DNA of 28,943 bases, from positions 1-28,943 of the forward strand of contig CAZNAK010000001.1 of assembly GCA_964570645.1 (NCBI GenBank), in the 5' to 3' direction. Of the stretch, positions 25,812 through 28,943 are shown piece by piece. The translations under genes and the position numbers were made by a program. The notes beneath the pieces were generated by a model. It saw only the letters and a program-made list of their open reading frames with translations, did not search any database and had not been told where the DNA came from. Source of the stretch: an uncultured Cytophagales bacterium. GTDB taxonomy: Bacteria; Bacteroidota; Bacteroidia; Cytophagales; Bernardetiaceae. Numbering within the stretch: the first letter of the stretch is position 1; the number at the start of each line of letters is the position of its first letter.

Positions 25812-27128
25812 ATGAATATTGCTGTTGTAGGAACAGGTTACGTAGGATTAGTGACAGGAACATGCTTTGCCGAAACGGGAAATCAGGTGATTTGCGTGGA
25901 TATTGATGCCAAAAAGGTAGAGCGAATGCAAGCAGGCGAAGTACCAATTTATGAGCCTGACCTCGATACCCTTTTTGAGCGTAACACCAGGGCAGGGCGA
26001 CTTCATTTTACAACAAGCCTGAGTGAGGCAGTCGAAAAATCAGAAATTATTTTTTTAGCATTACCGACACCGCCAGGAGCAGACGGATCCGCAGACCTTT
26101 CCTTTGTGCTTAACGTGGCAGAGGAGTTAGGTAGTATGATTACGGAATATAAGGTTGTCATTGATAAATCGACTGTTCCTGTCGGGACGGCAGACCTTGT
26201 ACATGAGCGACTCGCCAAGAACTTATCTGAAGACCTTTTTGACGTGGTTTCTAACCCAGAGTTTCTGCGTGAAGGCGTTGCCGTAGATGACTTTATGAAG
26301 CCTGACCGCGTCGTGATCGGAACCAGTTCAGAGAAAGCAAAAACGTTGCTCAGTCGTTTGTATGCGCCGTTTGTTCGTCAAGGGAATCCCGTTATTTTTA
26401 TGGACGAACGTTCTGCCGAAATGACTAAATACGCGGCCAACTCTTATTTGGCAACCCGAATTTCGTTCATGAACGAGATCGCGAACCTCTGCGAGCGTAC
26501 GGGCGCAAACGTGGATATGGTTCGTGTGGGGATGGGCAGCGACACACGGATTGGAAAGCGATTCTTATTTCCCGGTGTGGGATACGGCGGCTCTTGTTTC
26601 CCAAAAGATGTGCAGGCACTTGCCAAAACGGCCAAAGAGTACGAGTACGATTTTAAGATCTTGAACTCCGTCATGAACGTCAATCGTATCCAAAAGCATA
26701 TTCTGGTTGAAAAAATGGAGAAGAAGTTTGGCAAGCTCGAAGGGTTAAATATCGGTATTTGGGGGTTAGCTTTTAAACCAAACACCGATGATATTCGTGA
26801 AGCGCCTGCTCTTTCCATCATTGACGACCTTTTGGAAGCGGGTGCGACGGTAAAAGCCTTTGATCCCGAAGCCATGGAGAATGTTTCACGTGTGTATGGC
26901 GACAAAATTACGCTTGTAAACGACCCGTACGAAGCGGTTTCAGGCGTTGATGTGTTAGCTATCGTAACCGAGTGGAGCGTATTCCGCACACCAGATTTTG
27001 AACGTCTAAAGGAGTTAATGAAGCAACACATTATTTTTGATGGGCGCAACTTGTACGAACTCGATCAAATCCGTGAACTCGGAACGTTTTACTACGAAAG
27101 TATCGGCCGTCCCGTGATTGGAGGATAG
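25812..27128 (+). CDS. ugd: UDP-glucose 6-dehydrogenase
   Basis: Rossmann GTGYVG; KSTVPVGT; SNPEFLREG; AEMTKYAANS; catalytic GYGGSCFPKD; GLAFKPNTDD.REAP; FDGRN. Confidence 0.96.
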   Translation: MNIAVVGTGYVGLVTGTCFAETGNQVICVDIDAKKVERMQAGEVPIYEPDLDTLFERNTRAGRLHFTTSLSEAVEKSEIIFLALPTPPGADGSADLSFVLNVAEELGSMITEYKVVIDKSTVPVGTADLVHERLAKNLSEDLFDVVSNPEFLREGVAVDDFMKPDRVVIGTSSEKAKTLLSRLYAPFVRQGNPVIFMDERSAEMTKYAANSYLATRISFMNEIANLCERTGANVDMVRVGMGSDTRIGKRFLFPGVGYGGSCFPKDVQALAKTAKEYEYDFKILNSVMNVNRIQKHILVEKMEKKFGKLEGLNIGIWGLAFKPNTDDIREAPALSIIDDLLEAGATVKAFDPEAMENVSRVYGDKITLVNDPYEAVSGVDVLAIVTEWSVFRTPDFERLKELMKQHIIFDGRNLYELDQIRELGTFYYESIGRPVIGG

Positions 27129-27138
27129 TTTTAAGATT

Positions 27139-27175
27139 AAAGACTACAAAAGTCTCAAAGACTTTTGTAGTCTTT
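27139..27175. terminator. Bidirectional intrinsic terminator between convergent ugd and ggt
   Basis: Perfect 17-bp inverted repeat AAAGACTACAAAAGTCT-caa-AGACTTTTGTAGTCTTT. Confidence 0.85.
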
Positions 27176-27193
27176 TCCTAGCTCAGATGGCTT

Positions 27194-28888
27194 TTAGTAC
27201 CCCGCCGCTTGCCCATCTTTACGGGACTCGGATGCGCCAAAATATACTTTGTTGACAGGATCGTACTGAATGGCTTGATAACCGCCATAAATACCGCGTT
27301 TGAATCCGATTGTATGCCCACGTTCCATGAGTGCGCGGATGGTTCGATACGAAAAACCACTTTCGAGATGGATTTCGCCACGTCCCTCCGAAGGCTCGCC
27401 GGTGGGTTTAGATGAGCCAGAGTGATCGATACGCGGGGCATCGCCTGCCTCTTGTACGTTCATACCAAAATCCACCATATTCATTACGATCTGAGCGTGT
27501 CCCTGAGGTTGGAAGTCACCGCCCATTACGCCAAAGCTCAAGAAAGGCTGCCCATCCCAGGTGACAAAAGCAGGGATAATGGTATGAAAGGGTCGTTTTC
27601 GGGGTGCATAGGTGTTAAACTCTCCTTCGGTGAGGCTAAAAAGCTCCCCGCGATCTTGCAGCATAAAACCCAGCTTTGGTGGAACCATACCTGACCCCAT
27701 GCCGCGATAGTTACTTTGTATCAAGGAAACCATGTTTCCGTCCTTATCGGCTACGGTCATGTAGATCGTTTCGCCTTTGCTTAACTCGCCCGCTGTAAAG
27801 TTTCGGCTGGCACGATTAGGATTGATGAGTTGACGGCGTTTTTCGGCATATTCTTTAGAAAGTAACTCTTCGAGTGGAATATCTGCAAAACGCGGATCAG
27901 CGTAGTATTTTGCTCGATCTTCAAAAGCGAGTTTTTTGGCTTCCACAAATAGGTGGACGTGTTCGGGCGAACCAAACTCAATTTCTGAGAAGTCGTAGCC
28001 CTCCAAAATATTTAGCATTTGCAAAGCCGCGATGCCCTGACCGTTAGGGGGAAGCTCCCAAACGTCATAGCCGCGATAGTTCACCGAGACAGGCTCAATC
28101 CATTCGGTTTCAAACTCCGAAAAGTCTTCTTTGGAAAGAAAACCACCCTGCTCCTGAATAAAATCTACAATCGTTTCGGCAATCTCCCCCTCATAAAACA
28201 CCGAGCGTCCTTCCTTTCCGATGCGCTCCAAGGTAGTAGCAAGGAAAGGATTTTTGAAAATTTGCCCTTCTTGGGGAGCTTCGCCGTCAATTAAATAGGT
28301 TTCGGCAAAATTAGGTTGATTCTTAAAAAAGTTACCTGAGTAGCCCCAGTACATCGCGATCAGTTGTGTGACGGGGAAGCCTTCACGGGCGTAGCGTACC
28401 GCAGGAGCAAGCTTGTCAGCCATTGGTTTTTTACCAAACTTCTCGTGCAAAGCAAACCAGCCTGCTACTGTTCCCGGAACGGTGACGGGAAGTGGTCCGT
28501 AGGCAGGGATTTTAGTCATTTCTTTTTCCTTGAAATAGTCCAAAGTGAGGTCTTTGGGTGACCAGCCGCTGGCGTTAAGCCCATAAAGCTTTTGCTCCTC
28601 AGCAGACCAAACGATAGCAAAAAGGTCTCCTCCGATGCCATTTCCTGTTGGCTCCACAAGCCCGAGGGCAGCATTAGCGGCAATTGCGGCATCAACCGCC
28701 GTTCCACCATCCTTGAGAACATCGAGCGCAATTTGCGTAGCGAGCGGATGGCTGGTTGCTGCCATGCCGTTCTGGGCAATTACCTGCGATCTAGTGGCGA
28801 AGGTAGCACCATTCACACGGTCTTGAGCGTGCGTGGAAACAGAAAAGCTGAAGAAAAGAAGTAAGGGAAATAATAAACGTGTTTGCAT
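27194..28888 (-). CDS. ggt: Gamma-glutamyltransferase (secreted)
   Basis: Signal peptide (THA|Q); GG.AVDAAIA, EP...GIGGD.F, LPPNGQG, nucleophile Thr in ETIYMTVAD..GN.VS.IQS, KRPFHTIIP, GVMGG..QPQG, SRKDG.A.GY. Confidence 0.95.
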   Translation of the reverse strand: MQTRLLFPLLLFFSFSVSTHAQDRVNGATFATRSQVIAQNGMAATSHPLATQIALDVLKDGGTAVDAAIAANAALGLVEPTGNGIGGDLFAIVWSAEEQKLYGLNASGWSPKDLTLDYFKEKEMTKIPAYGPLPVTVPGTVAGWFALHEKFGKKPMADKLAPAVRYAREGFPVTQLIAMYWGYSGNFFKNQPNFAETYLIDGEAPQEGQIFKNPFLATTLERIGKEGRSVFYEGEIAETIVDFIQEQGGFLSKEDFSEFETEWIEPVSVNYRGYDVWELPPNGQGIAALQMLNILEGYDFSEIEFGSPEHVHLFVEAKKLAFEDRAKYYADPRFADIPLEELLSKEYAEKRRQLINPNRASRNFTAGELSKGETIYMTVADKDGNMVSLIQSNYRGMGSGMVPPKLGFMLQDRGELFSLTEGEFNTYAPRKRPFHTIIPAFVTWDGQPFLSFGVMGGDFQPQGHAQIVMNMVDFGMNVQEAGDAPRIDHSGSSKPTGEPSEGRGEIHLESGFSYRTIRALMERGHTIGFKRGIYGGYQAIQYDPVNKVYFGASESRKDGQAAGY

Positions 28889-28943
28889 AGGGAAAGTATC
28901 TTTTTACGTAAAACTCCCCCAATAACAGAAGGTTTAGTCAGCC

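Noticed and set aside
26444-27049. 201-aa antisense ORF within ugd, and the other short overlapping track ORFs
   Set aside because: These are reverse-frame shadows of well-supported genes with no recognisable features.
24761-27128. GT2 + ugd as a polysaccharide biosynthesis locus
   Set aside because: There are only two divergent genes and no flippase, polymerase or further transferases.
1-28943. CRISPR arrays, tRNA/rRNA, IS elements, prophage
   Set aside because: I saw no regularly spaced repeats, cloverleaf or rRNA motifs, transposase or integrase ORFs on either strand.

Overview
This is a gene-dense chromosomal window from a Bacteroidota bacterium, probably Cytophagales-like. That inference rests on the gene families, the lack of Shine-Dalgarno sites, TAnnTTTG promoter boxes, and secreted proteins whose mature N-terminus starts with Gln. 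I found no rRNA, tRNA, CRISPR array or intact mobile element. The housekeeping and envelope genes are a TonB-dependent receptor, an M28/glutaminyl-cyclase lipoprotein, TerC, ExbB-ExbD-TonB-like, FadD, a GT2, Ugd and GGT. Four things stand out. (1) A minus-strand run (18218 to 7134) encodes a SiaB-type kinase and a SiaC-type phospho-switch with no SiaD diguanylate cyclase. They are followed instead by an unusual ABCG-like transporter (TerB-like N-terminus, CxxC, large helical extracytoplasmic insert), a helical lipoprotein, a small Cys-rich secreted protein and, further down, a propeller/Y_Y_Y/GAF/PP2C sensor phosphatase that could act as SiaA. (2) An intact 6-pyruvoyl-tetrahydropterin-synthase/QueD homolog has lost the catalytic Cys, two of three Zn-binding His and the key Glu residues, so it is a candidate T-fold pseudoenzyme. 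It lies at the end of a run containing a frameshifted Ig-like lipoprotein and two tandem paralogs with atypical acidic SPOR-like domains. (3) A decayed DUF5615 PIN-like toxin remnant at 1-308 is missed by the ORF track. (4) Several hairpins and palindromes may have regulatory roles. All family assignments come from motif recognition by eye; no database search was run.
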